Shown here piece after piece: positions 48,379-57,892 of a DNA stretch of 64,000 nt (its first letter is position 1; every line of letters starts with the position of its first letter). Source of the DNA: Candidatus Aenigmatarchaeota archaeon. GTDB lineage: Archaea > Aenigmatarchaeota > Aenigmatarchaeia > QMZP01 > QMZT01. The DNA lies in assembly GCA_041489155.1 (NCBI GenBank), contig JBGPQP010000003.1:1-64000 (forward strand), given 5' to 3'. The notes under the pieces are model-generated. The model saw only the letters and a list, made by a program, of their open reading frames with translations, had not been told where the DNA came from and searched no databases. The position numbers and the translations under genes were made by a program.

Positions 48379-49230
48379 CTATTTCTGGAGCATTCTCTCC
48401 GCAGAAATGACGGTGTTCTCGAGGACCATCGCGACCGTGAGAGGGCCGACGCCGCCGGGTACGGGCGTGATGTAAGAGGCGACGTTCCTAACGCGGTCGA
48501 AATCTACGTCGCCGAGTATCCTGCTGCCCATGCGGTTCGTCCCCACGTCGATGACTACCGCGTCCTTCTTGACCATATCAGCCGTGACGAAATTCGCCTT
48601 ACCCACCGCAGCGAAAAGAATGTCCGCATTTTTCGTGTGGCTTTTCAAATCGCTTGTCTTCGAGTGGCACATCGTCGCTGTGGCGTTCCTTTTTATGAGC
48701 ATGAACAGCAACGGCTTGCCCACGATGTTGCTCCTGCCGATGACGACGGCGTTCTTTCCCTCGATGGGAATGCGTTCATGTTCGAGCATCTTCATTATAC
48801 CCTTCGGCGTGCAAGGCTCGAATGTTTCGTCGCCTGCCATGAGCCTGCCGAGGCTGCAGGTGGTCAGGCCGTCAACATCTTTCGTGATTGTTATGGTATC
48901 GAGGATTTTCTGCTCGTCCATCTGCGAGGGCAGCGGAAGCTGCACGAGTATGCCGTGGACATACCTGTCTGCGTTGAGTTTTTCTATGAGCCTTATCACG
49001 TCCTCCTGCTTCGCATTTCTGCCGAACATGTGGAGTTCGGCTTTCATCCCGGTCTCTTCCGAAGCCTTCATTTTTGCCTTTACGTAAATTTCCGAAGCGG
49101 CGTTGTCGCCGACAAGAAGTATGTCAAGTTTCGGCGTTATGCCTTTCTTTTTCAGAGTATTGATGCGGCTCCTGAGTTGGCCGAGAATTTCAGCTGAAAT
49201 CTTCCTGCCATCAAGAATTTTCGCTGCCAT
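48379..49230 (-). CDS. folD: Methylene-THF dehydrogenase/cyclohydrolase
   Basis: GILVQLPLP, KDVDG, PCTP, GRSNIVGKP, TPVPGGVGP. Confidence 0.96.
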   Translation of the reverse strand: MAAKILDGRKISAEILGQLRSRINTLKKKGITPKLDILLVGDNAASEIYVKAKMKASEETGMKAELHMFGRNAKQEDVIRLIEKLNADRYVHGILVQLPLPSQMDEQKILDTITITKDVDGLTTCSLGRLMAGDETFEPCTPKGIMKMLEHERIPIEGKNAVVIGRSNIVGKPLLFMLIKRNATATMCHSKTSDLKSHTKNADILFAAVGKANFVTADMVKKDAVVIDVGTNRMGSRILGDVDFDRVRNVASYITPVPGGVGPLTVAMVLENTVISAERMLQK

Positions 49231-50537
49231 TATTTCGACCTTATCGCTTCCATGTGCCTTATGCGTTTCTCGATGAGCGCTCTGGTGCCTATGTCGGGCC
49301 TGTGGAACACGTTCCCCTTCACGGACCTTATTGCTTCTTCTGCAATCCTCTCAGCCTGCCAGAAATCGCTGGAAATGCCGACGAAAGCGATTGCCCTCGA
49401 GCCGCTCATGTAAAGCCCGTCAGGTTTCTGGTCAACTGACGCGAAGTACATCCTGGCGGCAGTCGAAGACGGGACTTCTACCTTCTCCCCCCTGACGGGG
49501 TTGTCCGGATAGCCTTTCGGTACCACGTATTTGCAGACAGTCGCTTTTTTATCGAACATCGCTCCGGTTTTCGAAAGGTTGTTTATGACGCCGTAACACA
49601 GGTCTATGAAGTCGCTTGTGAGTATCGGAAGCACGTTCATCGTTTCCGGGTCGCCGAGCCTCGCGTTGTATTCGAGAAGCTTGATGCCGTCTTTCGTTAC
49701 CATGAAGCCTCCGTACATGACCCCCCTGTAAAGCGTTCCGGTCTCTTTCAGTATCGCTTTCGCCACCAGTTCGGTTATCCTGTGGGCCTCTTCTATCTCG
49801 CTTTTAGTGATGAAAGGTAGCAGATGGTCGGAGCAGGAATACGAGCCCATGCCGCCGGTGTTCGGTCCCTCGTCGTTGACGTACGCGCGCTTGTGATCTT
49901 GGGCAGGCGGGCTGTCGAGCACGAAGCGTCCGTCCGTGAAGCTCTGCAGAGAGAACTCCTCGCCCTCCAGCTTCTCTTCCACTATCACCGAGGCATGCTG
50001 TTTCAAAACCTCTTCCGCATACCTCAGGGCGTCATTAACGTCCTTCAGGTGTTCGCCGTGCACCATCACTCCCTTGCCACCCGTGAGGCCGTCGGGTTTC
50101 ACGACGAATGAATCGAGCGACTGCAAAAACTCTTTAATGCCATCCATGCTGGTGAAGGCCCTGAACTCCGGCAGGCCCGGAACCCTGTGCTTTTCCATGA
50201 GCAAACGAGCGAAAGATTTCGAGGTCTCGAGTCTCGCCAAGTCCTTCGTCGGGCCGACCGAAGGGATGCCGATCTTCGCCAGCGCGTCCACCACGCCGTA
50301 GTCAAGCGGCGCCTCAGGGCCGACGACGCAGAAATCCGCGGCAACATGCCTTGCGAAACTGGTTATCCTTTCAAGGTCCTTGTAATCGCCCTGCTCGCAT
50401 TTCTGCGACAGCGAGCGGATCCCCGGGTTGTTTGATTTCATGTAGGAAAAAAGCTCGTGATGCTGCGGAGAATTGCGTATCGCCTCGGCGATCGAGTGTT
50501 CCCGGGCGCCGTTGCCGACGAGCAGCACTTTAATCAT
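49230..50537 (-). CDS. purD: GAR synthetase
   Basis: GAREH, GPEAPL, GGKGV, QDHKR, GPNTGGMG, EYNARLGDPE. Confidence 0.96.
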   Translation of the reverse strand: MIKVLLVGNGAREHSIAEAIRNSPQHHELFSYMKSNNPGIRSLSQKCEQGDYKDLERITSFARHVAADFCVVGPEAPLDYGVVDALAKIGIPSVGPTKDLARLETSKSFARLLMEKHRVPGLPEFRAFTSMDGIKEFLQSLDSFVVKPDGLTGGKGVMVHGEHLKDVNDALRYAEEVLKQHASVIVEEKLEGEEFSLQSFTDGRFVLDSPPAQDHKRAYVNDEGPNTGGMGSYSCSDHLLPFITKSEIEEAHRITELVAKAILKETGTLYRGVMYGGFMVTKDGIKLLEYNARLGDPETMNVLPILTSDFIDLCYGVINNLSKTGAMFDKKATVCKYVVPKGYPDNPVRGEKVEVPSSTAARMYFASVDQKPDGLYMSGSRAIAFVGISSDFWQAERIAEEAIRSVKGNVFHRPDIGTRALIEKRIRHMEAIRSK

Positions 50538-50589
50538 ACCAAGATATTCGATTACTGGTTTTTAAAAATAATGCAGACAGATTGTTAGT

Positions 50590-51243
50590 ATGGAACGCGA
50601 CAGAGGCAACATCGAGCCGAAGAAAATCCAGGAGTTCGCCGACCTACGCGGCAAGGAAGTCCTTGAGATCGGCTGCGGAGACGGGCGCATTTCGCGGTTT
50701 CTCGCGAAGGCCGCGAAAAGGCTGACCGCGATAGACCCTGATGCAAAGGCGATAGAGAAAGCGAAACTCAAAACCGCTGACGCGGATTTCAGGGTCGGCT
50801 CAGGTGAGAGCTTGGAATTCGGGAACGAGGCTTTCGATATCGTCGTCTTCACCCTCTCTCTCCATCACCAGGACGCAGCTAAGGCGGTGGCAGAAGCGCG
50901 CAGGGTTTTGAGGAAAAACGGCCAGTTGCTAATCATCGAGCCTGCACATGACGGCGAGGTTCAGAAACTTTTCAATCTGCTGCGGAGTGAGAGGCACGAT
51001 CTTAAAAACGCGCTCGAAACGATAAGAAAAAGCGCCTTCTTTCCCGAAAGGGAAGAGACGTTTTTCACCACGTGGTCCTTCGCTGACAGGGAGGAATTGT
51101 ACCAGCGCTATTTCGAGCATTACGGCGCGCCGAGGGATGAAAGGATAATCTACGAGATAAACAGCTTCCTCGGCGCGAAGATAAACGAGAAGCCCATCAT
51201 CCTCAGCGACAAGCTGCTGATTTTTTCCCTGCGGAAGAAATGA
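50590..51243 (+). CDS. Class I SAM-dependent methyltransferase
   Basis: VLEIGCGDG, FDIV, LHH, RVLRKNG. Confidence 0.88.
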   Translation: MERDRGNIEPKKIQEFADLRGKEVLEIGCGDGRISRFLAKAAKRLTAIDPDAKAIEKAKLKTADADFRVGSGESLEFGNEAFDIVVFTLSLHHQDAAKAVAEARRVLRKNGQLLIIEPAHDGEVQKLFNLLRSERHDLKNALETIRKSAFFPEREETFFTTWSFADREELYQRYFEHYGAPRDERIIYEINSFLGAKINEKPIILSDKLLIFSLRKK

Positions 51244-51285
51244 ATCGGTTTTCATTTTATATGCTCATTTTCATAATTTTTCTTT

Positions 51286-52260
51286 ATGATATGCCTAGGC
51301 ATAGAATCCACCGCGCACACCTTCGGCATCGGCATCTGCGACGGTAAAGGCAAAGTTCTCGCTAACGAACGCTCGGTTTACAAGCCGAAGGCTGGCTGGG
51401 GCATCATCCCGATGGATGCGGCGAAGCATCACGAGGAAGCTAAACAGCCAGTGCTTCGTGCGGCGCTGGAAAAGGCGAATTTGAGAGCGGAAGACATCGA
51501 CGTAATCGCATATTCGCGCGGGCCCGGACTGCCACCGTGTTTGTACAGAGGTCTGGAACTTGCAAAAGAGCTTTCACAAAAACACAAGCTTCCGGTTGTG
51601 GATGTCAACCACTGCATCGCGCATGTAGAAATCGGAAGACTCACTTCGAAGTTCAAAGACCCGGTCGTCGTTTACGTTTCCGGTGGCAACACGCAGATTA
51701 TCTCCTTCGCTTCCGGCCGCTACCGCGTGTTCGGCGAATGCATGGACATGGGAATCGGAAACGCTCTCGACAAGTTCGGCCGCGCGGTCGGCCTCGACTT
51801 CCCGCAGGCGCCGAAAATCGAGCAGCTGGCGAAGGGAGGCAAATGGACCGAGCTGCCATACGTCGTCAAGGGAATGGATCTTTCCTTCTCGGGCATCGTG
51901 ACAGAATGCATCAAAAAACATCATAAAGGCGAGAAGCTTGAAGATATCTGCTATTCGATTCAGGAGGTCTTCTTTTCAATGTTGACAGAAGTCACGGAAC
52001 GTGCGCTTGCGCATCTCGGCAAGGACCAGGTCCTGCTCACAGGCGGCGTCGCAGCGAACATGCGCCTGCAGGAAATGCTGAACAAAATGTGCGAAGAGCG
52101 AGAAGCGAAGTTCAAAGTGGTGCCGCGCGAATATTCGGGCGACAACGGCGCGATGATTGCATGGAATGGCATTCTTGCCAGCAAGTCTGGGCAGAAAAAA
52201 GAAGCGAAGGACATCGACCCGAGATGGCGCACGGACGACGTTGAAATACCCTGGCTCTAA
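51286..52260 (+). CDS. kae1: tRNA t6A threonylcarbamoyltransferase Kae1 (stand-alone)
   Basis: GIESTAHT, HCIAHVE, VSGGNTQ, KGMDLSFSG, DNGAMIA. Confidence 0.95.
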   Translation: MICLGIESTAHTFGIGICDGKGKVLANERSVYKPKAGWGIIPMDAAKHHEEAKQPVLRAALEKANLRAEDIDVIAYSRGPGLPPCLYRGLELAKELSQKHKLPVVDVNHCIAHVEIGRLTSKFKDPVVVYVSGGNTQIISFASGRYRVFGECMDMGIGNALDKFGRAVGLDFPQAPKIEQLAKGGKWTELPYVVKGMDLSFSGIVTECIKKHHKGEKLEDICYSIQEVFFSMLTEVTERALAHLGKDQVLLTGGVAANMRLQEMLNKMCEEREAKFKVVPREYSGDNGAMIAWNGILASKSGQKKEAKDIDPRWRTDDVEIPWL

Positions 52261-52267
52261 ACTCCCT

Positions 52268-53680
52268 TCATTTTGCCTTGCGGTTGTTTATGTAGAAAGC
52301 GATGTTTCTCTCGTCACGATCAGCGCTGCAGGAGATGAACTTTTTCTTTACTGGGTATATGCCGTTGAAGCATGCCTTGCATGTGTCGGAGTGTCCTATT
52401 GCCTCGTCGAGCTCCTCTATAGTAGGATAGCAAACGCGGTCGGCATTAAGCTTCTTGGCCACCTTTTCTCCTATCTCTTCCACGGAACCGGTCAGCCCCT
52501 GGGCGGCGAACGTTTTGCCGCTTGGATCTTTCACGCACGGGTGGGAGAGAGGCGGGCAGGATATGACGGTGACGATTTCTTTCGCTCCCGCGTTCCTGAG
52601 CTTGTAAATCATGCCGTCCCTCAGGACGGTTCCCCTCACGATCGAATCATCACCGATAGCGACCTTTTTCCCCTTTATGAATTCCTTGTTCACGAAGAAC
52701 TTGACGCGTGCGGCCATTTTCCTTTCCTCCGGGTTCTCGACTTGGAAAGTCCTTTTGGCCCCCGGGTTCTTTATGAAAATTTCTTCGAAAGGTATGAATG
52801 CTTTCTTGATGTCGCAAAGACCCTGATGATATCCGATTGCAACGCCTCTCCCTGAATCCGGCGAAGCCAAGACTAAGTCGACGTCGAGAGGGTACCTTCT
52901 GGCGAGTTTTTTGCCGAGGTCTTTCCTCACGGCGTAGACATTCCTTCCCTCGATAACCGAGGTCGGGTCGGCAAAATACACCCATTCGAACGCGCAGTGC
53001 GCATGCACGTCTTTCTTGAGAACGCGCGTCTCCATGCCGTCTTTGGATATGACTATTATTTCCCCTGGTTCCACGTCCTTTATCAGTTCCGCTTCCAGCA
53101 AGTCCAGCGCCTTGGTTTCGGAGGCTATCACGTATGTCTTGCCCTTTTTGCCTAGGCACAGCGGCTTAATCCCTTTCGGGTCCCTGAAGGCTATCAGGTA
53201 AAACTTCCCGCCTTTTCTGGCGGCTATGACCACGTTGTAAGGGCCCCTGCCCTCGAGCTTTTCCATCACTTTCTCGGCAGCCGAGTAGAAATTTCCCGTT
53301 TCCTTGAGATAATCCAGGAACAATGTCCTCATCACGCTGTCATGCTTTTTCTCGCCGAAGCCCAGCAGCACGCCGTCCATTGCCAGGGAGATGTCGACGT
53401 TCTGGTCGCCCCACTGCTCTGTGGGCTGCAGGTCCCCGCTCCTTTCATAAAGCGTGTGGCCTATGCCGATGAACGGGCTCATTTTCTCCAGTTGCGCGAG
53501 CTTGTCCTTGAGGAAGTAATAAACAAGGCCCTCTCCAGTGAGCGTGCGGAAGTACTTGCTGTCGTTGACGCTCACACCGCAGCCCTCTTCTCCTCTGTGC
53601 TGCAGGGCTGTGAGGCCGTAAAACAAGTCGCTCATTATGTTCTTGCCGTCGACAGAAAAGATCCCGATTATTCCCGACAT
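52268..53680 (-). CDS. purF: Amidophosphoribosyltransferase homolog with degenerate glutaminase domain
   Basis: LQHRG, RDPKGIKPL, CAFEWVYFA, PDSG, DDSIVRG, CKACF; N-terminus MSG rather than MCG. Confidence 0.9.
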   Translation of the reverse strand: MSGIIGIFSVDGKNIMSDLFYGLTALQHRGEEGCGVSVNDSKYFRTLTGEGLVYYFLKDKLAQLEKMSPFIGIGHTLYERSGDLQPTEQWGDQNVDISLAMDGVLLGFGEKKHDSVMRTLFLDYLKETGNFYSAAEKVMEKLEGRGPYNVVIAARKGGKFYLIAFRDPKGIKPLCLGKKGKTYVIASETKALDLLEAELIKDVEPGEIIVISKDGMETRVLKKDVHAHCAFEWVYFADPTSVIEGRNVYAVRKDLGKKLARRYPLDVDLVLASPDSGRGVAIGYHQGLCDIKKAFIPFEEIFIKNPGAKRTFQVENPEERKMAARVKFFVNKEFIKGKKVAIGDDSIVRGTVLRDGMIYKLRNAGAKEIVTVISCPPLSHPCVKDPSGKTFAAQGLTGSVEEIGEKVAKKLNADRVCYPTIEELDEAIGHSDTCKACFNGIYPVKKKFISCSADRDERNIAFYINNRKAK

Positions 53681-53767
53681 TTTATTATCTTGACAGCGAT
53701 ATTTTTAAATCTGTGTGTCGGCGCATAGACGGAATTGAGGCTTTGAGACTAGTCGGATAAAAAAGAT

Positions 53768-53950
53768 TTAACAGGGAGTTGGTGCTTCTTTAATTTCTTG
53801 CGCTATCTTGCTGAGACCCTTTCTGGCGACGTGTGGATAGATAATACCGGTTTCAACGTAAGGCTGCCTTGCAAGCACGGCATCAGCCTCCATTTGAACA
53901 AAAAATTTTCTGAGGCCAAATTTACTGTCTATTTCTTCCGGGGTCATCAT
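53768..53950 (-). CDS. AT-rich orphan protein, 60 aa
   Basis: GGTGG SD and TATTTAAATA box upstream. Confidence 0.5.
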   Translation of the reverse strand: MMTPEEIDSKFGLRKFFVQMEADAVLARQPYVETGIIYPHVARKGLSKIAQEIKEAPTPC

Positions 53951-54064
53951 ACCACCTGATAGATTCTTGAAATCTAATATTTAAATACTTGATTAATGTA
54001 ATTTCTTTTTAGTGATTACAAAATAAAACAGTTCGCTTTTATTTTCCTCTGTCATTTTATATCC

Positions 54065-55348
54065 ATGAGAGTCGCGATTTTGTCGGATTTCCACTTCGGT
54101 TTCGGGGATGGCAGCGAACGGGCGAATGACCCGTACGACGCCTTCAAGGAAGCGATAGAGAAAGCGATGGGCTGCGACCTGATAATCTTCGCGGGCGACA
54201 TCTTCGATAACCGCAGCCCCGACGCAGAGACCCTGACCAGGGCGATGGAGCTGATGATACCTCCGCTGCTCACGCAGACGGGCGTTAAGCTGATGCAGGG
54301 CATAGGCAAGGATGTTTCGAAGGTTTCTGAAATGGCGCTCATGGGCATCCCCATCGTCGCGATCCACGGGACGCATGAAAGGCGAACGAAAGGCCTGCTC
54401 AATCCGGTCGAAGCGCTGGAGAAGGCGGGCTTCCTGATATATTTGCACTGCAACGGCGTCGTTTTCGATAAGGACGGCACGCGCGTCGCGATACAGGGCA
54501 TGTCAGGCGTGCCAGACCAGTACGCGGAAAGCGTATTGTCAAACTGGAATCCCGCGCCGGAGCACGGCTGCTTCAACATCCTCATCCTTCACCAGTCGAT
54601 AACAGAGTTTCTCTACGCACCGCACACACTCGACCTGAACAAGCTCCCGAAAGGCTTCGATGTCTATGTCGACGGCCATATCCACGAGGCGAAGGAAAGC
54701 GAATACGCAGGAGGGACGTTCCTGCTTTCCGGTTCGCTTGTCCCGACGCAGATAAGAGAGGAATCGGAGAAGCCGAAGGGCTTCTGGATAATCGAAACCT
54801 CGCTGCGCGACGAGATAAAGGATTCGCCCGTCCTCCAGAAAGCGAGAAAATACCTCAAGAACGGCTACGCAATCTACTGGATCGAGCTTGGGCACCAGAG
54901 AAAGGTTTACGTGCGCTCATTCGAAAACCCGGACATCGAAACCGTAGAGGCCGAGCTGGGCAAAATCGTGAAAGAAAACCCGCAGAGGAAGCCCATCGTA
55001 AGAATCGACTTCAAGGGCAGGGTCAGCCCGACGCTCGCGGATGAGATAGAGATGAAATTCGGCGCAAAGGCGATACTTTCGCTGAAAAGGGAAAAAGAGG
55101 AAAAGGCGCTTCCCACCAAGACGCTGGAGGAGCACAAGCTGTCGGTCGAGGAGCTGGGCAGGAAGATACTGATGGAGAATCTTGCGAAAGCAGGTCTTGA
55201 GACCAAGGCTTTCGAATCCCTTTTCGAGCTGCTGTCCGCAGGCAAAAGCGATGAAGCGATGGCGCTGCTCGAAAAAGCGTCGCTCAAAGAGGAAAAACCG
55301 AAAAACGTCAAACAAACTAGGCTTTTTCTGGCAGGCAAGAGGCAGTAG
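54065..55348 (+). CDS. mre11: Mre11-family DNA repair nuclease
   Basis: SDFHFG, AGDIFD, IHGTHE, LHQS, GHIH. Confidence 0.88.
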   Translation: MRVAILSDFHFGFGDGSERANDPYDAFKEAIEKAMGCDLIIFAGDIFDNRSPDAETLTRAMELMIPPLLTQTGVKLMQGIGKDVSKVSEMALMGIPIVAIHGTHERRTKGLLNPVEALEKAGFLIYLHCNGVVFDKDGTRVAIQGMSGVPDQYAESVLSNWNPAPEHGCFNILILHQSITEFLYAPHTLDLNKLPKGFDVYVDGHIHEAKESEYAGGTFLLSGSLVPTQIREESEKPKGFWIIETSLRDEIKDSPVLQKARKYLKNGYAIYWIELGHQRKVYVRSFENPDIETVEAELGKIVKENPQRKPIVRIDFKGRVSPTLADEIEMKFGAKAILSLKREKEEKALPTKTLEEHKLSVEELGRKILMENLAKAGLETKAFESLFELLSAGKSDEAMALLEKASLKEEKPKNVKQTRLFLAGKRQ

Positions 55349-55413
55349 AACAAATAAGCAATTTATACTATGCGAACCCAACAATATATATAAAGGCTGT
55401 ATAGGGTGTCATT

Positions 55414-55983
55414 ATGGTCGAGTTTCACATAAAGGTCGAAAATGTAGTCGCCTTTGCTGTTTTAGGCAAGAGAATCGTGCTCAACAAGCTCGTTGAAAAA
55501 ATGGGCAACACCGAATACGAGCCCGAACAGTTCCCGGGCCTCGTCTACAGGATAAAGGACCCGAGGGCGGCTGCGCTTATTTTCTCGTCAGGCAAGATAG
55601 TCTGCACCGGAGCGAAGAGCATAGCTATGGCAAAGGAAGCCATGAGGAAAATCGTGCAGGACATAAAGAAGACAGGCACCGCCATGCCGACGAAGTTCAA
55701 CATAAACATAGAGAACATAGTCGCGTCGACTAAAATCGACGTCAAGCCAAGGCTCATGCTCGAGGAAATCGCCATGTCGCTCGAGGAAGTGGAATACGAG
55801 CCCGAACAGTTCCCCGGCCTTGTTTACAGGATGAAGAGCCCGCGAACCGCTTTCCTGCTTTTCGGCTCGGGCAAGATAATCTGCACGGGCGGCCGCAGCC
55901 TGGAGGACATAAACACTGCACTGAACAACTTCAAGAAGCGGCTGGAAGGGATAGGCCTGAAAATCAAGCCGGCGAAAGACTGA
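55414..55983 (+). CDS. tbp: TATA-box binding protein
   Basis: Two repeats of ENxVA...EYEPEQFPGLVYR...SGKIxCTG. Confidence 0.97.
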   Translation: MVEFHIKVENVVAFAVLGKRIVLNKLVEKMGNTEYEPEQFPGLVYRIKDPRAAALIFSSGKIVCTGAKSIAMAKEAMRKIVQDIKKTGTAMPTKFNINIENIVASTKIDVKPRLMLEEIAMSLEEVEYEPEQFPGLVYRMKSPRTAFLLFGSGKIICTGGRSLEDINTALNNFKKRLEGIGLKIKPAKD

Positions 55984-56033
55984 TTCTCTGGCAACGCAAA
56001 TAACATTTAAGCAGCCGGGACAAATTCTTTAAC

Positions 56034-56945
56034 ATGGATGCTTTTGACAAGATAATCCGCGACATAAGGACCGTTAAAATCCAGGGCGCCGAGAATATCG
56101 CCATAAGCGCGGTCAAGGCACTCGAGTACCGCGGCTCAAAAATAAAGACGCATTCGGCGGCGAAGTTCTTTTACGAAATCGAGGCAGCGAAGCGCCAGCT
56201 TTTCGCTTCCAGGCCGACAGAACCGCTTATGAGGAATTCGCTTTTATACATAATCGATTCCCTGAAATCCGACAGCAACAGCGTTCTCGATCTCAAGAAG
56301 TCGCTGCGCAACCTTTCCATCGAGGTTTTGAACCACTTCGAACACGCGAGGCAGAGAATCGCGGAGATAGGGGCGAAGAAAATCGAGAACGGCATGATAG
56401 TCTTCACCCACTGCCATTCCTCGACCGTGATGCTGATCCTGAAGGCGGCGAAGGCGAAAGGCACGCGCTTCGCGGTTTACAACACGGAAGCTCGCCCGCT
56501 CTTGCAGGGAAGAATCACCGCGAAAGAGCTCGCCAAGATGAAAATCCCCGTCACCCATTTTATCGACTCCGCGGCAAGGATTGCGCTGAAGAAGGCCGAC
56601 ATCTTCCTTATGGGTTTCGACGCTGTGACGACGACGAGGGTCTACAACAAGATCGGCTCGGAGCTGTTCGCCATAATCGCAGACAAATACGATGTCCCGA
56701 TATACGCCTGCGGCGACGCGTGGAAGTTCGACCCGGAGGGCATCGCGGGCTGCGAGGAGAAAATCGAGCTCCGCCCTTCCAAGGAAATATGGCCCTCAGC
56801 GCCGAAGGGCGTCAAAATCGAAAACCCGTGCTTTGAAAAAATAAATCCCGAACTCATCACAGCGATAATCTCGGAGCTAGGCGTCTACACCCACGAGAAC
56901 TTCGTCGAGGAAGTGAAGAAGGCGTATCCGTGGCTTTCTGAATAA
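56034..56945 (+). CDS. eIF-2B alpha-like family protein, probable ribose-1,5-bisphosphate isomerase
   Basis: IQGA, RPT, THCHSS, EARP, GFD, NKIGS. Confidence 0.8.
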   Translation: MDAFDKIIRDIRTVKIQGAENIAISAVKALEYRGSKIKTHSAAKFFYEIEAAKRQLFASRPTEPLMRNSLLYIIDSLKSDSNSVLDLKKSLRNLSIEVLNHFEHARQRIAEIGAKKIENGMIVFTHCHSSTVMLILKAAKAKGTRFAVYNTEARPLLQGRITAKELAKMKIPVTHFIDSAARIALKKADIFLMGFDAVTTTRVYNKIGSELFAIIADKYDVPIYACGDAWKFDPEGIAGCEEKIELRPSKEIWPSAPKGVKIENPCFEKINPELITAIISELGVYTHENFVEEVKKAYPWLSE

Positions 56946-57048
56946 AAATAATGTCGATATATGCTGGTTTTATGGCAACAAAAAGCTTTAAATATCATGA
57001 ATCCAAGTATTAACTATCAATAAGTAATAAAATATAAATGGTGAGGAT

Positions 57049-57843
57049 ATGCCTGAGGTTTTTCAATACGGTTCTAATCTGAGCAAGGATCGCTTTACTA
57101 GTAGGATGTTGCAGGGTGAATATAGGCCCGTGAGTGATCTTGGCAGATATGATTTAAATGGGTGCGAAGTCGTATTTGATGTTCCCAGTCAAACCGTACG
57201 CGTAGCTGCTGACATGATACCTTCTCAGCCTTCTTCACGTGCTGTCGGAAGAGTTTGGGGCATAACAAAAAAACAATTTGAAACTCTCAAAGGATTCGAG
57301 GGTCCTCGTTATAGAGAGGAAAGAATACAGATACCCGGAGTTGGCAATGCAATAACGTTTGTTGGCACGGATGATGCCAGAAGAATTTTCAGAGCACAAC
57401 ATTCTGGCGAGTTGCCTACAGGAGAGTATCTTCATCACATCATAACCGGACTTAATGATCCTAACGTAAGAGCAGAAATAGAATATATAAGTCAAATTAT
57501 AGGAAAAGGAAGACCAAATCTCTCTGGAAGTAGAAGAGATGTCAGGCAAACCTTTGACAACCCTAGAGAATTTATGACATCTTCAATCGGAATCGACAGA
57601 AATTTAAGAGACGATTTGGGAGTAGGAGTAGGAGATTTTGTTCGGGTACATTATGATAGAAATTGGCTTAATCTTCAGGTAAGAAAGGCCCCAATAGAAT
57701 TAGTCGATTCTACTCTGTCACCCGTAACTCTTTCAAGAAAAGCTAGAGAATTTCTTGGCATGCGACCCGTTTCGCAAAGGGACGCGGAAAGCTTCAGAAC
57801 AATATATCCTGGATTATCCATCACCAGATTAGAAAATTTATAG
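57049..57843 (+). CDS. Gamma-glutamylcyclotransferase-like domain plus C-terminal double-psi-barrel-like domain (AT-rich)
   Basis: FQYGSNL, GRVW, LKGFEG..Y, P..EYL..I..G; C-terminal RDDLGVGVGDFVRV / SRKAREFLG. Confidence 0.7.
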   Translation: MPEVFQYGSNLSKDRFTSRMLQGEYRPVSDLGRYDLNGCEVVFDVPSQTVRVAADMIPSQPSSRAVGRVWGITKKQFETLKGFEGPRYREERIQIPGVGNAITFVGTDDARRIFRAQHSGELPTGEYLHHIITGLNDPNVRAEIEYISQIIGKGRPNLSGSRRDVRQTFDNPREFMTSSIGIDRNLRDDLGVGVGDFVRVHYDRNWLNLQVRKAPIELVDSTLSPVTLSRKAREFLGMRPVSQRDAESFRTIYPGLSITRLENL

Positions 57844-57892
57844 AACTGGTCTCTCAACCAAACTTTTTATGACCTCGTTCAATTCAATAACT

